A stretch of 16,519 bases of DNA. Origin: Tubiluchus corallicola (Eukaryota > Animalia > Priapulida). Below are positions 1 through 9,574 of the stretch, one piece after another. Below the pieces are notes generated by a model that ran no database searches, was not told the origin of the DNA, and worked only from the letters and a program-made list of their open reading frames with translations. A program made the position numbers and the translations under genes. The stretch lies in contig JAQGDQ010002053.1 in assembly GCA_030141605.1 (NCBI GenBank), positions 1 through 16,519 of the forward strand, given 5' to 3'. Positions within the stretch are counted from its first letter, which is position 1. Each line of letters opens with the position of its first letter.

Positions 1-32
1 TATATATATATACATATACATATATTTACATA
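1..32. repeat. (TA)n-like microsatellite
   Basis: Imperfect TA run at the window start. Confidence 0.8.
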
Positions 33-119
33 TTTGATTCTCGAACTTAAATTAACAATGATTGTGCTGTTTTGTGCACAATTTATTCCTCTGTAAGATA
101 TTCGCATAATGTTGACTGC

Positions 120-420
120 TAATTGCGAAACATGAAATCTACCTTCCATTTCGAGTTTGCGCATGCGCACGCGATATTGACGTCACTTGGAATTTACAAA
201 AAAACGGTGGTTATTATTGTTTTTGCCGAGCATGAAACCCGCTCATTATATCCTCCGTTTCTTACGACTATTTATAGTCTTTTAATTTAGTCGTGCCGCC
301 AGATCAAAAAGCCGGGCGGCTGTGACGTGAACAGTGGGACAAAATTAGGCCAATTAGAGTCGTTAACTGCAGCAGCTCACGTGACTTTTCGCGAGGGTTT
401 CGTGAAACAAGTGCTGAGCA
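120..420. promoter_or_regulatory. Possible CpG-rich promoter or enhancer
   Basis: NRF1-type palindrome TGCGCATGCGCA (158-169), CRE TGACGTCA (178-185) and E-box TCACGTGAC (377-385) lie within about 230 bp. Confidence 0.3.
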
Positions 421-939
421 TTCGTGATTTTGTTTTTGTTTTAAGAAGAAAATCGAAATTGGACAAATTACTTTCACGTTAGTATGACTTAAAGCACAAG
501 AAAATCTCGCATTGAAATATTATACCACTTGCGCACTGCCTTTTTGTATGCGGGGCATGCGTCGGCAGTAACGCTGTATAAAACGCGCAACTTTGATCTC
601 CCGCGATGACCGTTAGACGTAGCCGTTTTAATGCTAAGTCGTTTGAAACAAGTTTAAATAACATTAAGTAAAGTTTGCAAAAAATAATTAGAGCATTCGT
701 GCTCACTGGGTAAGCATGCTTTAATTAGCTTATCTTGTCAATAGGATTAATAACATGTTTTTGTGAGCCAGTGGTGCACACTGGGAAGGTGACTCAGTTG
801 GCGCAAACATTTTAAATTAGGCCTAGAGAACGTTAAGTAAAGTTTGAAAAAACAATTAGAGCTTCCAGCTCACTGGGTAGGCATGTAATTTTCGTGTAAC
901 ATTATAATGTATATTTTGTTTTAAATTTTTGGCACAGTA

Positions 940-1066
940 GTTTTTAGTTTGCACTGGCCGCATTTGCCTTTAACAGTTGTGTGAATTTTTATTCTCATGC
1001 TGCGATGTTCTTTTATTGCTTTTATGGTTATGAATATCGATTTTTATGGCAAATAAAGATTATTGT
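940..1066 (+). mobile_element. 3' UTR terminus related to the LINE at 14011-14440
   Basis: TTGCACTGGCCGCATTTGCCTTTAACAGT...ATGGCAAATAAAGAT matches TTGCACTGACGCATTTGCCTTTAGCAGT...ATGACAAATAAAGAT at about 14327-14435. It is followed by (TA)n. Confidence 0.55.
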
Positions 1067-1512
1067 ACTTATATATATATATATTGTGATGGGAACACAA
1101 AAGAATTTCCTTCATAGCATATGGTGTTCTCAGAAATCTTTATTTCTGTATATATATAAAAAATGAAAATAATAAATTTGACTGCTTTTCACTGCTTACA
1201 AATGTATAATAATCTAATTATTATAATTTAAGATAATAAAGTAAATATTACTCACATCGTGCGGCTATAATAACTTAATAGATCCTTGGAACGTCATACT
1301 GGTTTACAGCAAATCAGGTAAAGACGTTATACTTGAACATTTATCAAACATTATTTAACGTTTGCTGAGGCTTCCGTGAGCGTGTTTAGCGAGGCACAAC
1401 CTAATTTACAACTTCACAGGTAAAATTACAAGTAAGTTTACATAGGTGCTGCCACCTACATGTTAAGGCCAGAAACTGACCTTAACATATATATATATAT
1501 TATTATTATTAT

Positions 1513-1579
1513 TTCTCATGCTGCGAAGTTCTTTTATGCTTTTATAGTTATGAATATCGATCTTTTATAGCAAATAAAG

Positions 1580-1581
<2 letters not shown>
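1513..1581 (+). repeat. Second copy of the terminal ~69 nt of 992-1060, embedded in TA-rich microsatellite
   Basis: Near-identical to 992-1060 (a few substitutions and single-base indels). It ends CAAATAAAGAT followed by (TA)n. Confidence 0.75.
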
Positions 1582-1636
<55 letters not shown>

Positions 1637-1645
1637 ATATATATA
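1580..1645. repeat. (TA)n microsatellite
   Basis: Near-perfect TA run. Confidence 0.95.
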
Positions 1646-3019
1646 ATTAGAAAAAACTATAGTCCAAACAGACGTTACCAAAATGACACATCGAGAACAA
1701 CAAGGACAAAATAAATACAATGTATTATATAACTGTACACCAATTCTATTCCTATGTATTATAATCATTACAGTCATAAGAAAACCTATAACTACGTATG
1801 AAAATTTTTTATAACACATGGTTTAAAACTGCCATGTCTTCTCCTTTAATCACTCGTTGGTATTTTAGTAACCAGTTTACTGAATAGATCCGAGAAAAGC
1901 TCCTTAATTGGCTCTCTTGTTGGGGAACGTCGTGTTGCTTGTGAATCCGTGTTTGATGTAATTACTGTTTACACACATTCTGCTTACTCGGTCAATATTT
2001 AAGCGAAGAAATGCCCGCAAGTGCTAATGTGGCTCTCTGCACGGCTTTTATAGGAAACTGGCAGTGACACAGCGTTATTAGCCCGTGTGCTTTGTAAGTA
2101 TTTTAAGGACTACGTGTCCGCATTCGTTACGTTCTCTCTCTCTACAAGCTGACATGGTTAACGGTAACTGACTTAATTCCCCGAAGATTTCTTGGTGATT
2201 CAGATGCCATTGTGATTCGTGATGTAAATAAGGGTAGCACTCCTTTTGGATGTGATGATTTGCAATAGTCGTAGAAAGTGTTCTTAAATGTAGCGAAGGT
2301 TTTTCTGGAATTATTTTGACATAAGATGTAGCCATTGTACAATGCACTCATGCACAAGTGCAGGCACATACTCAACTTTGGTCGCCCAATAATGATTGAA
2401 TCACATGTATCACAATTGCTCGATTGGGTCTGACTAACATGGCCGTGTTTCAGACTTTCTGTTGGAGAGTAAATTTGTAAAACGTGTTCTCTTGTCCTTT
2501 AATGTAGATTTTTATGCCACAGGCGGGTAGATTTCTACGTAATGTTACTTGTTTTAGCCAAATACTAATATATAACATAATATTTTATATTATATTATTA
2601 TATATTACGGGATGTCGAGGCCCTTTCGCGAATTCTAAATACGCCTACTGCACCCACCGCTGAATGGGCCATCTAACCATTATTGACACCGCCCCCGGCC
2701 TGTTCTCTTGAAATAAGAGGTATAAGTTTTGCAAAAAACGGCCGAAAAATTGCCATTTTTGGAGGTTTTTCGCCTCCCGTTCCTCCCGGTGGGCCCGCGT
2801 CGAAAAATAAACCCCCAATGGCACGACACTAGATCGAGACCTTTCGTTTGATGTATAGATCGCTGCAAATGGTGCCGTCGTCGAAGCTGTAGCCTCGAAT
2901 CTTATATATTAAGCCCATACCAGCGAAATTAATATATGCGATTATCATATAATACATTATAATAATTTTAATGAGTTCATTATTAATTATTAATTTTCTT
3001 TCTTTTCTTTTTCAGCATA

Positions 3020-3227
3020 ATGTGGCGGTTACTAAAAGGTTCTGGCGGGTACGCCAAACCAAAGCCCAGCTGGGATTACGTTCTGGGATACGACAGGGAA
3101 GTGATACGCAATAAGACGTACGTGTTTAAATTGTGCGTAATGTCTGTGATACTCGTCTACTTCTGCTCGCTCTATGGTTCTCATAAACTAGTCAAGCAGT
3201 TTTCCGGCCAAAGTGACATTTCTCGAG
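3020..3227 (+). CDS. Probable first coding exon of a small single-pass membrane protein gene
   Basis: Strong acceptor (TTTTCTTTCTTTTCTTTTTCAG ending 3015), ATG at 3020 and a canonical donor GAG|GTGAGT at 3227/3228 (phase 1). Encodes a hydrophobic stretch YVFKLCVMSVILVYFCSLY. Confidence 0.55.
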
Positions 3228-3285
3228 GTGAGTATATACGAAGCAGCCATTTCTTACTATGATATATGCACTTTTGATGTTGCTA

Positions 3286-3633
3286 GCTTGCGGAAAAAAG
3301 CGTTCTAGCGGCGCCTGGTGGGACTTTCGAAAGGAGATATATGGCTCCTTAGAAAGAGCAGGAACAGGGCTACACGATGGTGTGGGCTATATTTTAAGAT
3401 ACGTCCACCACGAGGTGTACTGAGGAGTTAATTACATGTTCTATTTTTGGCAATTTTCGCTTAGAAAACAGCTGACACAAAGCCATTGTTCTGACGTCAT
3501 GCTCTGCCTATAACCTTAATTCAGTAAAAGCTGCTGCTGGCTTTGCGTTATAAATGAGGACTATGTAAGATGTTCGCGTATTATTGATCATAAGTGTAGT
3601 TATAGGCAAAAATTTTTGCTGGGCCTTTGCTAG
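3286..3633 (+). mobile_element. Possible non-autonomous Helitron fragment (3' end at 3633)
   Basis: Palindrome GCAAAAATTTTTGC (3606-3619) followed 10 nt later by CTAG|T (3630-3634). The segment is bracketed by a 36-bp direct repeat. Confidence 0.4.
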
Positions 3634-3749
3634 TTTCTTACTATGAGAGATGCACTTTTGATGTTGCTAAGGCATATGCGTATGAATCCAGTTTGTGAAA
3701 GAAAATGTAACCAATTTAAATGTGATCATAATTGATCATTTGATCGTGT

Positions 3750-3754
<5 letters not shown>

Positions 3755-3820
<66 letters not shown>
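3755..3820. repeat. (CT)33 microsatellite
   Basis: Perfect CT run abutting the 3' end of the RTE fragment. Confidence 0.98.
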
Positions 3821-3821
<1 letters not shown>

Positions 3822-3826
<5 letters not shown>

Positions 3827-4085
3827 TCCTCTCCTCGGTTGTTGATAGCAGCCCATTCCGCATCCTCCACCCTTCTAATACTCCCTCTTTCTCATTTGCC
3901 CGTCTCCAGGTGATTTCCGGCCCTCCATGTTTTCTCTGACCTTTGGATGACATGTCTTGGCGACCTCGCGGTCATTGTCCTCTTCCTTCCTAAGTTGTAA
4001 CCGGTCAACTTCCATCTCCTCTTTCTCATCTGATCGCTTGTATACTCCTTTCCGGTTCTCTTCAACACTTCAGTCAAAAGCAAGT
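3822..4085 (-). mobile_element. Degenerate 5'-truncated RTE-clade LINE 3' fragment
   Basis: Frameshifted translations EVLKRTGKEYTSDQMRKRRWKLTGYNL and GQRKHGGPEITWRRANEKE resemble the post-RT RTE motifs (RRRWRWIGHxLR ... GKRKRGRPKxTWRR). It ends in a (GA)n tract. Confidence 0.75.
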
Positions 4086-4107
4086 GGTGTATTTGAAACT
4101 CGATTCA

Positions 4108-4480
4108 TAATCCCCGCGTATTGAGTTCACACACCCACGTAGTGGAGTGGAGAAGCGAAGAAAAGAGAAGAGAAGAGAAGACAAGAGAAGAAAAGAGAAG
4201 AGAAGAGAGGAGAGGAGAGGAGAGGAGAGGAGAGGAGAGGAGAGGATAGGAGAGTAATCCCGCGTTTTGAGATCAAAACGCCAGAAGACGTAGTGGAATG
4301 GAGGAGAGAATGGAGGAGAGAAGAGAAGAGAAGAGAGGAGAGGAGAAGAGAAGAGAAGAGAAGAGAAGGGAGAGAAGAGGAGAGGAGAACAGAACAGAGG
4401 GGAGGAGAGGAGAGTAATCCCACGTTTTGAGATCACAACGCCCCCAGACGTAGTGGAATGGAGGAGAGAAGAGAAAAGAG
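4108..4480. repeat. Composite repeat: three ~45-bp cores separated by (GAGAG/GAGAA)n purine tracts
   Basis: Cores of the form TAATCCC..CGT.TTGAG.TCA...ACGTAGTGGA.TGGA start at 4108, 4255 and 4415. Confidence 0.85.
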
Positions 4481-4625
4481 CGAGTGAGTGATTGAGTGTG
4501 TGAGCGAGTGAGGGGGAGAGTGAGTCCATGAGGGAGTGAGTGAGTGAATGAGTCAGTCAGTGAGTAAACGAGCGAGTGAGTGAATGAGTGAGTAAGTGTG
4601 TGTGAGTGAATGAATGAGTGTGAGT
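4481..4625. repeat. Imperfect (GAGT)n microsatellite
   Basis: GAGT/GAAT/GAGC tetramer run. Confidence 0.9.
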
Positions 4626-4674
4626 TCTTTCTAATCCAATTACGCCTTAGATAGCTCTTTGTTTCTCATTTTAG

Positions 4675-4981
4675 AAAGACCAATGTTAAGAAATGGCTAC
4701 TCGTAACGGGTTCACCACACATGTGGAGTTCAAACACAAATCGTGCGGATTTCGTAACAGTATCCAGCGCTCAGCGAGACGTGACAGAAACCTCGACCGC
4801 CGAGCTGTTTTATCAGAAAATCAGCATAACAGACCTCATGTGTAAAAAAAAGTCGAAACGTCGTAAAAACAGTTTGCGATTTGCTAGAGATTCTGGAAAG
4901 AAGTTTATCTCCCCTGACGACAAGTTTGTAGATCCAGGATGTGACGGTGTTATCAACAGCAATAATCATTCAACAAAGTAA
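4675..4981 (+). CDS. Probable terminal exon of the plus-strand gene (reading frame uncertain)
   Basis: Acceptor CTCTTTGTTTCTCATTTTAG ends at 4674. One frame is open 4676-4981 (KTNVKKWLLVTGSPHMWSS...STK*) and AATAAA follows at 4993-4998. Direct splicing from 3227 would instead use another frame and stop at 4706. Confidence 0.4.
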
Positions 4982-5760
4982 GGCTTTTATCAAATAAACA
5001 CTGTCTAAAATGTATTTCAAATATGTATAATTTGACGTTATTCCCTTAAAGGAAGACGGGATGATTTTTCACAGTATCCCATTTTCAAATTCGATAAAAA
5101 GTATACATTTTAACACAGTTAATATTGCAAAAGCGTTTCTGATAATTAAATAATGGATTAAAATCTTAAATAACGACGGACGAACCCAACTATTAATGAC
5201 ATCACAAACTAACATAATTTTCAACAGGAAAAATATTCCACGAGCGTGTTGCACGTGTTTGTGAAAGCGAAAATTGAAGTACAGTGCTACTGTAAGATAT
5301 TCAGTGTGTTGTAGTACAACTAGGCAAGTTTTAAGATAAACATCAAATTTCAACTTTACCGCTGTGCTCACGCATGAGCTGTCGAACGTGTGCAGTTCGT
5401 CACAAACTAACACATCTGAACTGAGAGGTACAGCACCTGATTTTTGTGCAATGCGTTTGCGAAATGCAGGCGCTAGGGCCCGTCTAGCTACCGAATGTCG
5501 AAATGCACGTAACAATGAACGCGAAATTGTGTTTGTCTGGTAATAATTCTTTCACGTAAAACATTTTGAAAAAAACCACTACGTTTCCTCGGTGACTACA
5601 AAGAGCGCAATTTGGCATTTAATCCAACAGCAAAATTAAAAAAAAGATATCTTAGCATTCGAGGGTAATTAAGCTAAACTTATATGCTGTAAGGTTAGGT
5701 TCAATAATTGGTGGCCACAACATGGTCAAAAGCACTGTCTCTTTTGCAAACTAAATAACC

Positions 5761-5932
5761 TGATGACGATGATGATAGCGACGGCGGCGGCGGGTAACGA
5801 CGACGACAACGATGATGGTAATGATGATGCCGACGATGACGACGACGACGATGATGATGATAATGATGGTAATGATGATGCTGGCGACGACGACGACGAT
5901 GATGATGATGACGATGATAATAATAATAATAA
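5761..5932. repeat. Compound (GAT/GAC)n-(AAT)n trinucleotide microsatellite
   Basis: Seen directly; it explains three low-complexity ORFs in the track. Confidence 0.95.
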
Positions 5933-6206
5933 CCAGCAAAAATAAAATATTTCCTCATAGAGTTTACTTATAGCGTCACTTATTAGGCATTAAAGGGTTA
6001 TTCATACCAGCCCTATTAAATTAGAACAACTTTCAAGGTGCTCGCCACCTGTTAGCAATTTTCAACATAGCAGCAATTAATCGTCTCTTGGCCTGCTAAG
6101 CAAGTTTCCCAAAAGTAAATGCACAATGGGGCAGTCGTAAAACGTATATTTAGAATTAATCTTCTCACACCAATAACACCAGGTGATGTTACGGCTTGTA
6201 GTAGCT

Positions 6207-6487
6207 GCGTTTACATTGCGTTTACATTGTGTTACATTGTGTTTACATTGTGTTTACATTGTGTTACATTGCGTTTACATTGTGTATACATTGCGTTTAC
6301 ATTGTGTTTACATTGTGTTACATTGTGTTACATTGCGTTTACATTGTGTTACATTGTGTTTACATTGCGTTACATTGTGTTACATTGCGTTTACATTGCG
6401 GTTACATTGTGTTACATTGTGTTACATTGCGTTTACATTGTGTTACATTGCGTTTACATTGTGTTACATTGCGTTTACATTGTGTTA
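6207..6487. repeat. 10/11-bp minisatellite (T)TTACATTG(T/C)G
   Basis: About 26 tandem units; it explains the LHCV-type ORFs in three frames. Confidence 0.95.
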
Positions 6488-6839
6488 GCGTCTACTCGGG
6501 TAACGTAGAGATTTTGTGAATGAATCCCGTCAGTTGAAGCTTTCACTGGCTTCTTTCTGTACGCACACACGCACGCAGCTTTGATAGACTGTAAGCTAAC
6601 ACGGGTTTAAGCGAGGACAAAGATTTTCCCCTCGCCAAAACAAAACTACGTGACGTAAAACAGGGGAGTTTTCATGAGTGATAACAGTTCCTAAAGTTGT
6701 GTTCACACAACAGTAACTGAAAACAGCACGTTTATTATAACACCAAACGATAAGACTACCAAAGCTGCATTTGTATGGCTGAAGCAGTTCACAGCTTATA
6801 GGGAGGGACGAATTTTAGTGTTCTGTATGTCTCTGTGAT

Positions 6840-7275
6840 AATGTCTCTTCCGATTCAAGACGAGTGGTATGTTGTGGTATGTTGTAGTACATTATAGATT
6901 ATCTGAGCGAAAGCCTACAGCACCTGGTATTCCTAGGCGGTCACCCATTCAAGTACTAACCAGGCTCTGCGTTGCTTAACTTCGGTGATCAGACGAGAAC
7001 CGGTGTTTTCAACATGATATGGCCAAACAAAACACAACACAAAAAAAAAAACACACAAAAAAAAAAACCACACCAACCCCCCCCAAAACAATGTCTCTTC
7101 CGATTCAAGACGAGTGGTATGTTGTGGTATGTTGTTGTACATTATAGATTATCTGAGCGAAAGCCTACAGCACCTGGTATTCCTAGGCGGTCACCCATTC
7201 AAGTACTAACCAGGCTCTGCGTTGCTTAACTTCGGTGATCAGACGAGAACCGGTGTTTTCAACATGATATGGCCA
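6840..7275. repeat. Direct duplication of 186 bp (6840-7025 and 7090-7275), period 250, with an A/C-only spacer
   Basis: Only one mismatch seen (GTTGTAGTAC versus GTTGTTGTAC). Confidence 0.95.
6911..7025 (-). pseudogene. 5S rRNA copy lacking its first 5 nt; tandem duplicate of 7161-7275
   Basis: Identical to the neighbouring copy over 115 nt. The 5' end is replaced by the A/C-only tract. Confidence 0.85.
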
Positions 7276-7280
7276 TAGAC
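7161..7280 (-). rRNA. Full-length 5S rRNA sequence (120 nt), probably a pseudogene
   Basis: The reverse complement reads GTCTATGGCCATATCATGTTGAAAACACCGGTTCTCGTCTGATCACCGAAGTTAAGCAACG...TTAGTACTTGAATGGGTGACCGCCTAGGAATACCAGGTGCTGTAGGCTT, colinear with animal 5S. It has G82A in box C and only three T at the 3' end. Confidence 0.9.
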
Positions 7281-7675
7281 AAATACTACTAATTCTACTA
7301 GAAAAAAAATAACACTAGCAGTGAAAAAATTAAGAACTTCACTATCTCTAACGCTGCTTGGCCCCCATATATACTTTTTTGTTGAACAGTTGTAGCAGCT
7401 TTGATGAAAAAAATTCATGAGCTGAGTGGAGGTAGCTATTAAACTTACCAGAGGATAGCCCTACGTAGAGTAATTTAAAGACAGACACTTTCAGTTACAT
7501 TTGTTAATATTTAGTAAAGGTAGCCATTATTAAACTTATATAAATTTCAGCTTCAATTTATTTTAGTCAGTATCATATCTTTGCAAATACATGCATTCTC
7601 AAAAAGGCCGTGTTCAAAATGAGCATACTGCTCATCAACAATCTCTTTGTTCAAAATGGGCAAATCCAATTTACA

Positions 7676-8079
7676 ACGAAATGACACGACTCTCAGTACA
7701 GATACGACACAGCTGATATGGCACGAAATTACATGACTCTCAGTGCAGACACGGCACAGCTGATGCGACACAAAATGACATGACTCTCAGTACAGACATG
7801 AATACAGCTGATGCTGCACGAAATGACATGACTCTCAGTACAGACACGACACAGCTGACGCGGCACGACATGACATGACTCTCAGTACAGACACGACACA
7901 GCTGACACGGCACGAAATTACATGACTCTCAGTACAGACGCGAATACAGCTGACGCGACACGACATGACATGACTCTCAGTACAGACACGAATACAGCTG
8001 ACGCGACACGACATGACTGTCAGAACAGACACGAATACAGATGACATGGCACGAAATGACATGACTCTCAGTACAGACA
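7676..8079. repeat. 47-bp minisatellite, about 8.7 copies
   Basis: Unit approximately ACGAAATGACATGACTCTCAGTACAGACACGACACAGCTGACGCGGC. Confidence 0.95.
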
Positions 8080-8440
8080 GTTCTTCTACTGAATAACCGA
8101 GAATACACGAAAAATCATTCGTTCGCCGCGAGGATTCGAACCTAGGGATATTGTTTACAAATGGTCAAGCAGTATGAATATTTTGAGCGTGTCTGAAAAG
8201 AGATTTTTAATTTTGTGCAACACGTATAGCTACGAGTCAGTACAAAACTTTGATAAATGTCATATATGTAGTTTACGTCATCTATAGGATGCATTCTGAT
8301 TAAAACGGAAATTCCTAATAATCAAGAAAAAGAAATCAATCAACTCTCCCTTCCTCACACAAATAGATAAATGCATAATACAAACTTTCTTACCAAATTT
8401 CGTTTTCTGAAACACTCCGAATAGGGCCACTGCAAAATGG

Positions 8441-9212
8441 CTTTGCGAACACCCAGTTTCACTGTTACAAAGAATAGCTTTGTGAACACCCAATTTCACT
8501 ATTACAAAGAATAGCTTTGTGAACACCCAGTTTCACTGTTACAAAGAATAGGTTTGTGAACACGCAGTTTCACTGTTATAAAGAATAGCTTTGCGAACAC
8601 CCAGTTTCACTGTTACAAAGAATAGTTTTGTGAACAGCCAGTTTCAGTGTTACAAAGAATAGCTTTGTGAACACGCAGTTTCACTGTTACAAAGAATAGC
8701 TTTGTGAACACGCAGTTTCACTGTTACAAAGAATAGCTTTGTGAACACCCAGTTTCACTGTTACAAAGAATAGCTTTGTGAACACGCAGTTTCACTGTTA
8801 TAAAGAATAGCTTTGCGAACACCCAGTTTCACTGTTACAAAGAATAGTTTTGTGAACACCCAGTTTCACTGTTACAAAGAATAGCTTTGTGAACACCCAG
8901 TTCCACTGTTACAAAGAATAGCTTTGTGAACACCCAGTTTCACTGTTACAAAGAATAGCTTTGTGAACACGCAGTTTCACTGTTACAAACAATAACTTTG
9001 TGAACACGCAGTTTCACTGTTACAAAGAATAGCTTTGTGAACACCCAGTTTCACTGTTACAAAGAATGGCTTTGTGAACACCCAGTTTCACTGTTACAAA
9101 GAATGGCTTTGTGAACACGCAGTTTCACTGTTACAAAGAATAGCTTTGTGAACACGCAGTTTCACTGTTACAAAGTATAGCTTTGTGAACACCCAGTTTC
9201 ACTGTTACAAAG
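8441..9212. repeat. 37-bp minisatellite, about 21 copies
   Basis: Unit CTTTGTGAACAC(C/G)CAGTTTCACTGTTACAAAGAATAG. Unit 21 starts at 9181 (8441 + 20 x 37). No spacers. Confidence 0.98.
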
Positions 9213-9574
9213 TAATCAACTTATTATAATATAGCTGCCTCCTGTGCACTACGAGATTTATCAATTCACGTCATGGTGGCCATATCATTTCACTACAAAA
9301 CCACCAGCAAAGTTGCACTGATTGACCATATCTCTCGTGTTCACTGTAACTGTATGCACCCTTGCACACCACATGCGTCTGATCCCAGCTGCCGAACGTA
9401 AAGAATCACTGCATATCTCCTCCAGATGCAAGCTGGCTTCACGCTGCAGCTGCTTAGGTCACGTGACGCGCGTCGTGTGCACAAAATCTGAACTTCAAGG
9501 TAAAGGGACGATCAGTGCTGGTGTTAAAGGACAAGAAAAGGGATATCTGAAGTAAGTTTTAGAATCTTTTTATA

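Noticed and set aside
4074-4529. 151-aa and 98-aa Leu/Ser-rich ORFs
   Set aside because: They are translations of the GA-rich microsatellite.
5069-5515. 148-aa minus-strand ORF
   Set aside because: Non-ATG start, no recognisable domain and no clear exon boundaries.
5701-5958. Poly-His/Arg, poly-Ile/Val and poly-Asp ORFs
   Set aside because: They are trinucleotide-repeat artefacts with no supporting splice or start context.
6119-6519. Cys-rich LHCV ORFs in three frames
   Set aside because: They are produced by a stop-free 10/11-bp minisatellite.
7023-7091. Telomeric repeat
   Set aside because: The tract is aperiodic and lacks the T of CCCTAA-type repeats.
8110-8190. tRNA gene
   Set aside because: Only the B-box matches; no acceptor, D or anticodon stems.
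8441-9212. CRISPR array
   Set aside because: Units are contiguous with no unique spacers, there are no cas genes, and the context is eukaryotic.
2488-9540. Kolobok-like TTAAAGGACAAGA motifs at about 2491-2503 (reverse) and 9524-9536
   Set aside because: The two ends face outward and I could not find a matching partner end for either, so no element can be delimited.
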